A DNA stretch of 64,000 nucleotides from an uncultured Eubacteriales bacterium (GTDB taxonomy: Bacteria; Bacillota; Clostridia; Christensenellales; UBA1242). Position 1 is the stretch's first letter. Each line of letters starts with the position of its first letter. Below are positions 9,191-18,819 of the stretch, one piece after another. The DNA lies in the NCBI GenBank assembly GCA_949067325.1, contig CARTDZ010000001.1, positions 4,266 to 68,265 of the forward strand, in the 5' to 3' direction. Both the position numbers and the translations under genes were made by a program. Below the pieces are notes generated by a model. It was not told where the DNA came from. It saw only the letters and a program-made list of their open reading frames with translations, and made no database searches.

Positions 9191-9844
9191 ATGAACAAAT
9201 CCAAAAACAATCCTTCTCTTGCAAATGCTCTTGGCTATGAATTCAAAAACAAAGATCTTCTTTCTCGTGCTTTGACGCATTCTTCATTTTCAAAAGAAAA
9301 TTATGAACGACTTGAATTTCTCGGCGACGGCATACTTGACTTCATAGTCGGCGATTACCTTTTCAGACAATCGCAGCAAGATGAAGGACAGCTTACCGTT
9401 TTAAGAAGCCATTTCGTTTCTGAAAACAATCTTTGCAAGATTTTTGACAGCCTTCAAATTGAAAAGTTTGTTATCACAGGCAAAAGTTATCAAGGCAGTT
9501 TGTCAAAGGCTATCAAAGCTGACATAGTTGAAGCAATTATCGCAGCTATTTATCTCGATGGCGAAAATGAAGGCCTAAAAAATGCTACAAAATTTGTAAA
9601 AAACCATTTTGCTCTTGAAACTTTTTCAAACATAGTCGATGACAATTATAAGTCGCGTCTGCAAGAGCTTGTTCAGGCAGGGTTTAAGTGCAAAATGCAG
9701 TACGTAACAGAAAAAACAGATTTCGGTTTTAAATCAACTTTCTTTATGGACGAAGACGCAATCGAAAGTGGCGAGGGTCAAAGCAAAATCGAGGCAGAGC
9801 AGCAGGCTGCAAAAAAATCAATTCAAAAACTGTTTAAAGTATAA
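9191..9844 (+). CDS. rnc: ribonuclease III
   Basis: ERLEFLGDGILD signature plus a C-terminal dsRBD. Confidence 0.9.
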   Translation: MNKSKNNPSLANALGYEFKNKDLLSRALTHSSFSKENYERLEFLGDGILDFIVGDYLFRQSQQDEGQLTVLRSHFVSENNLCKIFDSLQIEKFVITGKSYQGSLSKAIKADIVEAIIAAIYLDGENEGLKNATKFVKNHFALETFSNIVDDNYKSRLQELVQAGFKCKMQYVTEKTDFGFKSTFFMDEDAIESGEGQSKIEAEQQAAKKSIQKLFKV

Positions 9845-9896
9845 AAAGTCAATTTTTTTAAAATAACACACAAAGAAGAAATTAATAGAGGTAAAT

Positions 9897-12800
9897 ATGA
9901 TATTCAAAAAAATAGAAATGGTGGGTTTTAAATCTTTCGCAGACAGAACTGTGATTGATTTTGACAACAATTTTACAGCAATTGTTGGGCCAAACGGCTG
10001 CGGCAAAAGCAATGTCTCAGACGCAATACGTTGGGTGCTCGGCGAGCAAAGTCCAAAATCGCTGCGTGGCTCTTCTATGCAAGACGTCATCTTCAACGGA
10101 ACAGAAAAACGAAAAAGTCTTTCTTACTGCGAAGTGACTTTGACTTTTGACAACACAACTCGCTTCTTCAATTTTGATTATGACGAACTTGCTATCACAA
10201 GAAAGCTTTATCGCTCAGGCGAAAGCGAGTATCTTATCAACCGCAACACCTGCCATCTTCGTGATATCACAAACCTTCTGTATAATAGCGGTCTCGGCAA
10301 AAATGGTTATTCGGTTGTAGGGCAGGGCAAGGTCACTGAAATCGTGGATTCCAAGCCAGAAGACCGTCGTGCAATGTTTGAAGACGCGGCAGGCATTGCC
10401 AAATACAAAAAAGACAAGGTTGATGCTGAACGCAAGCTCGAGCGCACTCGCGACAACCTTACACGAATAAAAGATATACTTTCAGAAATAGAAAGACAAA
10501 TGGGGCCTCTCAAAAAGCAAGCAGAAAACGCAAAAAAATATCTTGAATATAAAGGCCAGCTTAAAGACCTTGAAATAAATGCCTACATATATCAATATGA
10601 AAACGCAAACAATGTCAAAAATCAGATAGGCGTAAGACTTAAGGCGGTAGAGGAAGAACTTGCTCTTCGTGAACAAGACTTCAAAAAAACAAGCGACGAA
10701 TATGATAAAAATATGCTCGACCTATCAAACTTTGACAAGCTTCTTGCAAGCATAAACGATCAAATACTTTCGCTTACCGTTTCGCTTGAAAAGCAAGAAG
10801 GTGAAACAAAAATCGCACGCGAACGAATTAATTTCACCCTAAAAGAAAACGACAGGCTCAATCTTGACCACACAAACGCTCAGACAGCTCTTTCTGCTTG
10901 CCAAAAAGAACAACTTGCAAAGGAAGGCGAACTTTCATCTCTGACAGAAGCACTTGACACACTTGAAAAATCTTTTACAGAACTTTCTGACGCTTACTCA
11001 GCCCTTGCAAACGATCTGTCTTTAAGCGAAAATGAAGCGGGTGCTTCACAACAAAAGATCATCGAAACTTTAGGCTCGCTTTCAGACATAAAAAGCAGTG
11101 TTTCAAGACTGTCGGCTGAACGCGATCTGCTTTCTGGCAATCTTTCAAACCTTGAAATTGACCAAAAAAATCTTAAATTAAAGGTTGAAGAATGTCAAAA
11201 AGACATAGATGAAACAACACAAAGTGTAAAAGCGCAAGAAGAGGAAATTCTTGAACTTAAAAACCAAAACCAAAGCCTTTCAAGCAAGGTTTATCTTGAC
11301 GAGCGTCGCCTTAAAGAAATTGAAACACAAAAAGCCAATCTTATCACTCAAATCAAGGTCTACGAAAACCGCAAAAAACTTCTTACTGACCTTCAAACAG
11401 ATTATGAAGGCTATTCTTATGCAATCAAAAAAATCCTTAAAGAAGGTGAGCGCAACAATGCAATCGGCAAAAATATAGTCGGTGTTATTGCTTCGCTTAT
11501 CAAAGTGCCTGAAAAGTTTGAAACTGCTATTGAAGTCGCTCTTGGCGGCGCTGTTCAAAATATTGTAACCTTTGATGAAGATGGCGCAAAAGAGCTTATA
11601 AAATTCCTCAAAGAAAACAGCTTCGGTCGTGCGACTTTCCTTCCAATAACCTCAATGAAACGTCGTGACCTCGATAGACGTGCAGTGGAAGGCAAGCAGG
11701 GCTGCTACGGCATTGCCAGCGACCTTGTAGACTATGACAAAAAAATCGACAACGTGGTCAGCAATCTCCTTGGCAGCACGGTTATTGTGGACAACCTTTC
11801 AACAGCTGTAAACATGGCAAAACAGGGTGGATACGCTTATCGTATTGTTACTCTAGATGGTGATATCGTCAACCCACAAGGCTCACTCACTGGCGGCAGC
11901 AAAAAGAATGAGGTGGCAAATCTCATGGGGCGTCAAAGAGAGATCGAAACGCTTGGCGATGAGATTATCAAACTTACAGCCAAAGAAAACAACCTTGCAA
12001 AAGAACATCAAACAGGCCTTGAAGCTTTGTCAGAACAAAACAAAACGCTAGCTGCTTTGCAAGAGAAATTAAATTCTAAAAATGTTGAACTTGCCAAAGA
12101 TAAAGAAAAGCTTGAAAGGTTGAAAATCATACTTGAAGAACTTGAAGACAACCTAAAGGTCGCTTTAGATGAAGGCCAAACTGTTTCAAACAAGCTCAAG
12201 CTCATTGGCGACGAACTTTCTCGCTCTGAAAAGATAGAAAGCGCTTTGAGTGGCAATCGTGTTGACGCAGACGAGCTTATCAAAGAAAAACGCGAAAAGA
12301 ATGAAAGGCTAAGAAAAGAAAGAGACAAACTTAGTGACAACATCATGTCAGTAAAAGTTGAAATGGCTTCAACTCGCCAAAAAATCTCTTCTGTCAAACT
12401 TGAACTTGAACGTCTGGCAAATGAAAATGGTCGCCTAAGCTTGCTTATTGAAAATCTCAAAGAGCAAATCGCAAAAAATGATGAGTTTATAGCTGCCGCA
12501 GAAGATATGATCAAGTCAAAACTGGCTTCAGCTCCAACTTCTGCCAAAAAGCAAGAGCTTGAAAGTGCCGTGGCAAAGCGTAACCAAATTGACGCAAGCA
12601 AAGAGGGGATTTCTGCTGCGATTAAAGAGCTTGACGTACGCAAATCACAGCTGATGGAAGATATTTCTCGCCTAAATGACCGCAAGTTTAGAGAAGAGAT
12701 GAACTTATCAAAAGTTGATACAGAGCTTGAACAAATGCAAGAACGCATTTATGAAGAATATTCGCTCATCTACTCAAGCTGTCTTGAATTTAGAAGACCG

Positions 12801-13475
12801 GATTTTGACATAGATGTCGCAATGCCAGAAATAAATCGTCTCAAAAAGGCAATAAATGCTCTTGGCTATGTCAATGTCAACGCTATTGAAGATTGCAAAG
12901 TGCTTTACGAACGTTATGAAGATATGAACAGTCAAGCCCAAGACCTTGACAAAGCTCAAGAGGATCTTCTTAAAATCATAAAAGACCTTTCACAAATCAT
13001 GGTTGAAAAGTTTAACAACGAGCTTGAACGCATAAACGAAAGCTTTAAGATTACATTTAGAGAACTCTTTGGTGGTGGAACAGCAAGACTTACTCTCAGC
13101 GACGAAGAAAATCCGCTCGAATCAGGCGTTGAAATCTTGGCACAGCCTCCAGGAAAGAAAATTCAGAACATGACCCTTTTGTCAGGTGGTGAAAAATCTT
13201 TGACAGCAATGGCTGTTATCTTCGCAATCCTTCGCATAAAACCACTTCCATTCTGTCTTTTCGACGAAGTGGAAGCCGCACTCGACGACTCAAACGTTGA
13301 AATTATCGATAAGTATTTGACAAAACTTTGCACTGAAACGCAATTTATTCTCATTACTCACAAAAAGCCTACCATGGAATACGCTCAATCTCTCTTTGGT
13401 GTAACAATGGAAGAAAAGGGTGTGTCAAAAATTGTATCGGTAAAACTCGCTGACGCTATTAAAAATGCACAATAA
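9897..13475 (+). CDS. smc: chromosome segregation protein SMC
   Basis: 1192 aa. Walker A GPNGCGKSN, long coiled coils, a hinge, LSGGEKSL and Walker B LFDEVEAALD. Confidence 0.95.
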   Translation: MIFKKIEMVGFKSFADRTVIDFDNNFTAIVGPNGCGKSNVSDAIRWVLGEQSPKSLRGSSMQDVIFNGTEKRKSLSYCEVTLTFDNTTRFFNFDYDELAITRKLYRSGESEYLINRNTCHLRDITNLLYNSGLGKNGYSVVGQGKVTEIVDSKPEDRRAMFEDAAGIAKYKKDKVDAERKLERTRDNLTRIKDILSEIERQMGPLKKQAENAKKYLEYKGQLKDLEINAYIYQYENANNVKNQIGVRLKAVEEELALREQDFKKTSDEYDKNMLDLSNFDKLLASINDQILSLTVSLEKQEGETKIARERINFTLKENDRLNLDHTNAQTALSACQKEQLAKEGELSSLTEALDTLEKSFTELSDAYSALANDLSLSENEAGASQQKIIETLGSLSDIKSSVSRLSAERDLLSGNLSNLEIDQKNLKLKVEECQKDIDETTQSVKAQEEEILELKNQNQSLSSKVYLDERRLKEIETQKANLITQIKVYENRKKLLTDLQTDYEGYSYAIKKILKEGERNNAIGKNIVGVIASLIKVPEKFETAIEVALGGAVQNIVTFDEDGAKELIKFLKENSFGRATFLPITSMKRRDLDRRAVEGKQGCYGIASDLVDYDKKIDNVVSNLLGSTVIVDNLSTAVNMAKQGGYAYRIVTLDGDIVNPQGSLTGGSKKNEVANLMGRQREIETLGDEIIKLTAKENNLAKEHQTGLEALSEQNKTLAALQEKLNSKNVELAKDKEKLERLKIILEELEDNLKVALDEGQTVSNKLKLIGDELSRSEKIESALSGNRVDADELIKEKREKNERLRKERDKLSDNIMSVKVEMASTRQKISSVKLELERLANENGRLSLLIENLKEQIAKNDEFIAAAEDMIKSKLASAPTSAKKQELESAVAKRNQIDASKEGISAAIKELDVRKSQLMEDISRLNDRKFREEMNLSKVDTELEQMQERIYEEYSLIYSSCLEFRRPDFDIDVAMPEINRLKKAINALGYVNVNAIEDCKVLYERYEDMNSQAQDLDKAQEDLLKIIKDLSQIMVEKFNNELERINESFKITFRELFGGGTARLTLSDEENPLESGVEILAQPPGKKIQNMTLLSGGEKSLTAMAVIFAILRIKPLPFCLFDEVEAALDDSNVEIIDKYLTKLCTETQFILITHKKPTMEYAQSLFGVTMEEKGVSKIVSVKLADAIKNAQ

Positions 13476-13616
13476 TTAAAAATGCACAATAACAAAAAAT
13501 CACAATAAAATATAAATCAAACAAATTAAAAAGGCAAACTTCAAAAATTGTATAACGCAAATATTAAAACTGAAATAGACAGCAAACAGCTCTAAAACCA
13601 AAAAAGGAATGAAATT

Positions 13617-14513
13617 ATGGGTATCTTTAAAAAAATAGGTGATGCGCTCAAAAAAACACGTGAGGCATTTTCACGCAAAGTTGACGCGCTTTTAAGCCAT
13701 GGCGAACTTGACGACGATTTTTTTGATGAATTGACAGATATTCTTATATCCTGCGACATCGGTGTACGTACAAGCATGGACCTTGTTGATAGTCTTCGTG
13801 TTCGTGCAAGAAAAACCAAGATAAGAAATGCTGAAGATGTACGCAACGAACTTAAAAATATTCTTCGTGAAGAGTTTGATGCATTGAAGCAAATTGATAT
13901 AAAGTATCCTGCTATAATAACCATAATCGGCGTAAACGGGGTTGGCAAAACCACAACGATTGGCAAACTGGCTTCATATTTTAAAAGTCAAAAAAAGGAA
14001 GTTACTCTTGTGGCAGGCGACACTTTTAGAGCAGCAGCTTCAAGCCAACTCAATGAGTGGGCAGAGCGTACAAAAACTCGTATCATCAAGCACGCGGAAG
14101 GTGCAGACGCAGCAGCCGTAGTGTTTGATGGTATAACTTCTGCAAAAGCAAAAGGCACAGATGTTCTTTTGGTTGACACTGCTGGAAGATTGCACACCAA
14201 AACAAATCTGATGGAAGAACTCAAAAAGATAGACAGGATTATCAATCGTGAATATCCAGAGGCAAACAAATACAATTTTATTGTGCTTGACGCCACAACA
14301 GGCCAAAACGCACTCTCTCAAATCAATGCTTTCAAAGAATTCGTGTCAATCGATGGCATAATCTTGACCAAGCTTGACGGCACTGCAAAAGGGGGAGTTG
14401 TGGTCGCTATTGAAAAGGATTATGGTCTTCCAGTGGCTTTTGTAGGCACTGGCGAGGGCGTGGCAGATCTTGACCTTTTTGATAGCAATGAGTTTGTCGA
14501 CAATCTTTTTTAA
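13617..14513 (+). CDS. ftsY: signal recognition particle receptor FtsY (short, NG-domain form)
   Basis: GVNGVGKTTTIGKLA, DTAGRL and TKLDGTAKGG motifs. Confidence 0.9.
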   Translation: MGIFKKIGDALKKTREAFSRKVDALLSHGELDDDFFDELTDILISCDIGVRTSMDLVDSLRVRARKTKIRNAEDVRNELKNILREEFDALKQIDIKYPAIITIIGVNGVGKTTTIGKLASYFKSQKKEVTLVAGDTFRAAASSQLNEWAERTKTRIIKHAEGADAAAVVFDGITSAKAKGTDVLLVDTAGRLHTKTNLMEELKKIDRIINREYPEANKYNFIVLDATTGQNALSQINAFKEFVSIDGIILTKLDGTAKGGVVVAIEKDYGLPVAFVGTGEGVADLDLFDSNEFVDNLF

Positions 14514-14594
14514 GATAATGCTATTATGCATGACATAATAGTCTGACTAGTGCTAAAAACGAGCTAGTATATTATAAAAACATAACCAATTTTG

Positions 14595-14628
14595 AAAATG
14601 TGACCAATAAGCTTGGCCACATTTTTTT
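14595..14628 (+). terminator. rho-independent terminator after ftsY
   Basis: AAAATGTGACC/GGCCACATTTT stem with one mismatch, followed by a T-run. Confidence 0.55.
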
Positions 14629-14712
14629 ATCAACTTTTTTAAGTGTCCAAGCAAAAAATGACAAAATTCAACATATATAAGCCTAAGAAGTTTTTTCTTG
14701 GAGGTTGTGGTT

Positions 14713-15411
14713 GTGATATATGAAAGTCTGTCAGCGTTTGCAAGTAAGCTTTGTCTTTTTACTTCGTTTGTCAACACAGCCCAAGGCTTTCCTCCACCTC
14801 TTTCAAAAGAAGAAGAGCTCATGTGGCTTAAGAAAAAAGAGGAGGGAGATAAAGAGGCCAGAAGTGTGCTTATAAGTCGCAATCTGCGTCTTGTTTCTCA
14901 CATTGTAAAAAACTATTCCTTTTCGCTTGAGGCTGACGACCTTATTTCTGTTGGTACTATTGGGTTGATAAAGGCTGTCGATACCTTCAAAATGGACAAA
15001 AATGTTTCGCTTGCGACTTATGCAGCTCGTTGTATAAACAATGAAATTCTTATGTTAATTCGTGCAAACAAAAAATACAAAGGTCAGGTGTCGCTCAATT
15101 CAAGTTATACTCCAAAGTCTGATAGTGACGAACTTGAACTTGAAGACATCATTCCAGCGGGTGAAGAATATGATGTTGAAAAACTGGTTGAAACAGATTG
15201 TCTTGTTGAAGATGTTATCAAAATTATGAAGAAAGAACTTACTCCAATGGAATTTGAAATCATTTGCTACTGCTTTGGCCTTTGTGGGCATGAACGCAAA
15301 ACTCAGCGTGAAATTGGCAAGATTTACAATCTGTCACGCTCTTACATTTCGCGCATCGAAAGTCGTGCAATAAATACCATAAAAAAATATTATGACAAAG
15401 ACAATAAATAA
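14713..15411 (+). CDS. sigK: sporulation sigma factor, pro-sigma-K-like
   Basis: This is a sigma-70 family protein (NLRLVSHIV, LISVGTIGLIKAV, ATYAARCINNEILM, LSRSYISRIESRA). It has a short hydrophobic pro-sequence before FPPPLSKEEE. Pro-sequence length and the AAR/RSY residues resemble SigK, and there is no spoIIGA upstream as expected for sigE. GTG at 14713 lies 8 nt after GGAGG(14700-14704); the ORF track starts at TTG 14698. Confidence 0.7.
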   Translation: MIYESLSAFASKLCLFTSFVNTAQGFPPPLSKEEELMWLKKKEEGDKEARSVLISRNLRLVSHIVKNYSFSLEADDLISVGTIGLIKAVDTFKMDKNVSLATYAARCINNEILMLIRANKKYKGQVSLNSSYTPKSDSDELELEDIIPAGEEYDVEKLVETDCLVEDVIKIMKKELTPMEFEIICYCFGLCGHERKTQREIGKIYNLSRSYISRIESRAINTIKKYYDKDNK

Positions 15412-15516
15412 CGCAATTTGTAGGATTTTGTTTTATGTAGGTTTTAAATTCACAGAATAACCATATAAAGATCAAAAAAAATATTTAAAAATTTATAAAA
15501 AAATAATCAAAATCCT

Positions 15517-15545
15517 TTTACATTTTCGCTTAAAATGGCTATACT
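15517..15545 (+). promoter_or_regulatory. sigma-A type promoter
   Basis: TTTACA(15517-15522), 17-bp spacer, TATACT(15540-15545). Confidence 0.5.
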
Positions 15546-15569
15546 TACTCTAAGTAGGAGTATTTACAA

Positions 15570-16934
15570 TTGGATAAACAAGCATTTCACAGAGTTGTCG
15601 AAAAACTTATTTTACCTCTCTTCACTGGCTCTTTTATTGATGGTGAAGAGGTTTCGTCATCTCGTGACAGCGAAGTGGCTTATGGCAAACAAAACTCACT
15701 TCTTATCAAGCCAAACAAACTTGCTGATTATCGTTTGGTTTTAAAACGCGGCCAGCCATTTAAAATGTCTGAGATCAATCTGCTTAAAACTATTATAAGC
15801 GAATTTAATACAATTGCCGAACTTAATCTTGAAAATGAGAACTACAAAAAAACTCTTCAAGACCAAGCTATTGAAAAGGCTATATGCTTGAGTGTTTCTG
15901 ATGGCGAAACAGCGATTACTATGCAGGGGATTATTTCTGAGCTTAACAAGTGGGCTTCTCGCACTTACGAGGGCAAAAAGGTTGAGCTTGGAATAATTAT
16001 AAATCAAGCAGTCAATTGCAGCGAAGATGAACAAATTCATTTCTCAAAAGTTATGACACGCGATTTCTTTGCCCTTCTTTCTGATGGCAAAGGCTCCTAT
16101 ATCGAATTTGATAAAAATGGTTTTTTGCTTGGCTATGTTCAGTCTACAAAAACTCGTCAGCCTCAAACAATCACCCCATATATGTTTGAAAATGTTGCGG
16201 CTTTTTGCAATGAGAAAAAAATTGGCATAACCCTCACTGAAAATGGTGACATTCTTATTTTTAGAAACAAATCTCTCATGTTTTCAAAACGCTTGGGTGT
16301 TTGGAATGTCTATTCTCATGATGAGATTATTCAATTGCTTTCAAACAGAGGCAATTATTCACTCAAAGATATTCGTCGTTCAATTTACTATACCGCTCTT
16401 GACGTTTCTTATGGCTATAGCGGCGGTTGCCTGATTTACCTCAACAAAGATACTGCTGAGCAGGCTTTGACGCATATCAACGCACATGACATTTTGGACG
16501 AGCGATATTATGAAATCAAAAGGAAGCAGGAAATTGCCAACGCGAGCAAGTTATACAATCTTCATTTTCTATCGCAAGTTGAAGAAATGTTCAAAGTGCC
16601 ATATCAACAATTTTTGGTAGAACAAAAATGCTACAAGTCACAATGTATTCGCAAAATTATCAACGGCAAAAATTTTCATGAACTTTCAAGAAAGCTTCGT
16701 CAAGAACTGGTTGCAATGGACGGGGCAACGGTTGTCGACAGCGACGGAACAATTATCGCAGTGGGCGCAATTTTGAAGATAGAAGCTGGCAGCGAGGGTG
16801 GTGGACGTCACGCAGCAGCAAGCACGCTTGCAAAGTATGGTATATCAATCAAAATTTCTCAAGACGGCCTTTTGAAAGCTTTCTATTATGACAAAAAGTC
16901 AAACAAAGTAAAAACTCTTTTCACAGTTGGCTAA
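15570..16934 (+). CDS. orphan protein with a C-terminal diadenylate-cyclase (DAC/DisA_N)-like region
   Basis: TTG start with AGGAG 9 nt upstream. The C-terminus reads MDGATVVDSDGTIIAVGAIL...GGGRHAAAS...ISIKISQDG, i.e. a DGA motif plus an RHR-like motif. The N-terminal ~280 aa are unassigned. Confidence 0.6.
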   Translation: MDKQAFHRVVEKLILPLFTGSFIDGEEVSSSRDSEVAYGKQNSLLIKPNKLADYRLVLKRGQPFKMSEINLLKTIISEFNTIAELNLENENYKKTLQDQAIEKAICLSVSDGETAITMQGIISELNKWASRTYEGKKVELGIIINQAVNCSEDEQIHFSKVMTRDFFALLSDGKGSYIEFDKNGFLLGYVQSTKTRQPQTITPYMFENVAAFCNEKKIGITLTENGDILIFRNKSLMFSKRLGVWNVYSHDEIIQLLSNRGNYSLKDIRRSIYYTALDVSYGYSGGCLIYLNKDTAEQALTHINAHDILDERYYEIKRKQEIANASKLYNLHFLSQVEEMFKVPYQQFLVEQKCYKSQCIRKIINGKNFHELSRKLRQELVAMDGATVVDSDGTIIAVGAILKIEAGSEGGGRHAAASTLAKYGISIKISQDGLLKAFYYDKKSNKVKTLFTVG

Positions 16935-17101
16935 AAAGTTTAAGTTTAACCTCAAATTTAAATAGCTGCAAGTTTGTTTATTTTAAAACAATTTTCGCAG
17001 CTTTTTTTACAGTTTTTTCACAGCTTTTTTGAAGCTTTATTTATAATCCATCTTTTTAAGTCCGCAAGCGATGTGTATCAAAGTTGTTTTCTTTAAAAAA
17101 C

Positions 17102-17131
17102 TTGACTTTAACCAAAGAAATATGATAAAAT
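17102..17131 (+). promoter_or_regulatory. extended -10 promoter of rnpB
   Basis: TTGACT(17102-17107), 18-bp spacer, TGaTAAAAT(17123-17131). Confidence 0.5.
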
Positions 17132-17140
17132 AAAACTGTT

Positions 17141-17471
17141 AGTTAAGCAGACAGTCGCATCTTTTTATAAGATGAGGAAAGTCCGAGCTTCAAGAGAACT
17201 GGGTGCTGGTTAACGGCCAGTGAAGGCGACTTCAAGAATAGTGCAACAGAAATAAACCGCCTAGCTTTTGCTAGGTAAGGATGGAAAGGTGGTGTAAGAG
17301 ACCACCGATTGGTTGGAGACAGCCAATGCTCTGTAAACTCCACCTGAAGCAAGGCCAAAAAGGCAATAGGGCTTGTTCTCTCCCGCCTTTTAACGTGCCG
17401 CTTGAACCTTTTGGCAACAAAAGGTCTAGATAGATGACTGTCAAATACAGAACTCGGCTTATAGCTTAACT
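17141..17471 (+). ncRNA. rnpB: RNase P RNA, bacterial class A
   Basis: Conserved blocks GAGGAAAGTCCGAGC, AGTGCAACAGAAA, GTAAACTCCACCTGAAGCAAG and ACAGAACTCGGCTTA are present. P1 pairs AGTTAAGC(17141-17148) with GCTTAACT(17464-17471). Confidence 0.9.
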
Positions 17472-17487
17472 AATCAATCAAAAACAA

Positions 17488-17537
17488 AGTCTTCTAAAAT
17501 TGAAAGCAAAAATCAAAAAATTTTAGAAGGCTTTTTT
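17488..17537 (+). terminator. rho-independent terminator after rnpB
   Basis: About 13-bp stem GTCTTCTAAAATT/AATTTTAGAAGGC with one G-U pair, followed by T6. Confidence 0.6.
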
Positions 17538-17571
17538 GATTAAATTTGTCTTTTTTGTCAATAAACAAGTC

Positions 17572-18798
17572 ATGACGAAGAAAGAATATATCGAAAAATT
17601 AACAAACCTTATCATAAATCGTGTGCGTTTTCATGCACCAATTGTGACAGATGAGGAAGTAGATTTTGCACTTTTGGAGGTGGTGGGTATCGACCCTGCC
17701 TTGCCACTTTTCAAGTTTGAAAAGCCTCTCGACAGCCTTTTTTATGCAGCTTTTTGCAAAGCAAAAGAAGAGGTTGAGTTTAATCTTCTTTTGACCTCAA
17801 AGCCACTGGTAAGCGATAGACGAATTAAAGAAATGAAAAATACACTTGTTCTCTTAGAAGAAGAAATGGGGTCAATTCTTCACGCTTCCATAGAAGCACT
17901 AAACATAAATTACCGCTCGCACACAAAGTTTACGAGTGAAATCAATGAGGATTATATAGCTTTAAACGGCCAAAAAATCACACTCGACTATATACCATAT
18001 TACCTTTACAAAAAGGGCAGCAATAGCAGCGTAATGTATGAAATAAGCGAGTTTATCTTAAATGGGAAAAACTTTCTTCTTTCTCTTACAAACCCTTACA
18101 AACAAAACAGAACTCTTGAATTTGAAATAAATGTCATTCTTCCTCGCGGCTATTATATCTTCCATAACGACGGCGAAAGCGTAGAAATACAAAATCTTTG
18201 CAACAAAGATAAGGCGTACTTTAACTACAACCTAAAAGGCGCAAAATTCAACTTTTCATGCGTTAGCGGCCTTGAAAGCAGCACTCATGCTTGTATAAAC
18301 TTGAAACTCAAAATCGACCTTCGTCCACTTGAGCAAAAGAAGTTGTATTTCAACTATGGCGAAAACAAATATGTCTTTGATAGCCCTCGCGAAGCATTAA
18401 ACTTCTTCAAAATGTCGCAGACAAAAATGAACGAAATTTTTGATTTGCAGGTGCAAACAAAAGACAAAAAATTTGACGACCTTTTCAATCGCTACATTCC
18501 CCAAAATATCTGGCTTTCATGGCTAAAAAACACCATTGATGAGGAAAGTGAAAATTTTTATCTAAAAACGCGTGAAAATATAGCCAAAAATATAGATGGC
18601 TCAATGCAGATAAATGAAGGTTTTGAAGGACTTAAAGAAGTGCGTTTCTTCCGTAATTTAGGGTGGAAGAGGGTTTTTATTGTGCAAAGCGAAAACCGTT
18701 ATCTTTTTGCAAACAAAGTCAAATATTTCAACTTCACACTTCTTACAAAAGAAATTTTTTCAAAAAACAAAGAAATTTATTTGTCTTTTGGTTCTTAA
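17572..18798 (+). CDS. hypothetical protein
   Basis: 408-aa ORF from ATG 17572 (alternative TTG at 17536). Neither start has a clear SD. No family assigned with confidence. Confidence 0.55.
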   Translation: MTKKEYIEKLTNLIINRVRFHAPIVTDEEVDFALLEVVGIDPALPLFKFEKPLDSLFYAAFCKAKEEVEFNLLLTSKPLVSDRRIKEMKNTLVLLEEEMGSILHASIEALNINYRSHTKFTSEINEDYIALNGQKITLDYIPYYLYKKGSNSSVMYEISEFILNGKNFLLSLTNPYKQNRTLEFEINVILPRGYYIFHNDGESVEIQNLCNKDKAYFNYNLKGAKFNFSCVSGLESSTHACINLKLKIDLRPLEQKKLYFNYGENKYVFDSPREALNFFKMSQTKMNEIFDLQVQTKDKKFDDLFNRYIPQNIWLSWLKNTIDEESENFYLKTRENIAKNIDGSMQINEGFEGLKEVRFFRNLGWKRVFIVQSENRYLFANKVKYFNFTLLTKEIFSKNKEIYLSFGS

Positions 18799-18819
18799 TC
18801 GTGCTATACTCATCTTGAA

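Noticed and set aside
12008-12748. 246-aa minus-strand ORF inside smc. Similar antisense ORFs occur at 4273-4785, 8594-8962, 35667-36161, 36158-36505, 36752-37288, 47122-47595, 47599-47949 and 49250-49714.
   Set aside because: They are antisense shadows of strongly supported genes. They have Ser/Leu/Phe-rich low-complexity products, no RBS, and are a typical artefact of biased codon usage in coiled-coil or K/E-rich genes.
14640-14697. Sigma-E/sigma-K-type promoter upstream of the sigK-like gene (CATATATAA at 14672-14680).
   Set aside because: The -10 only partially matches CATAnnnTA/CATACAnT, and no acceptable -35 lies at the right spacing.
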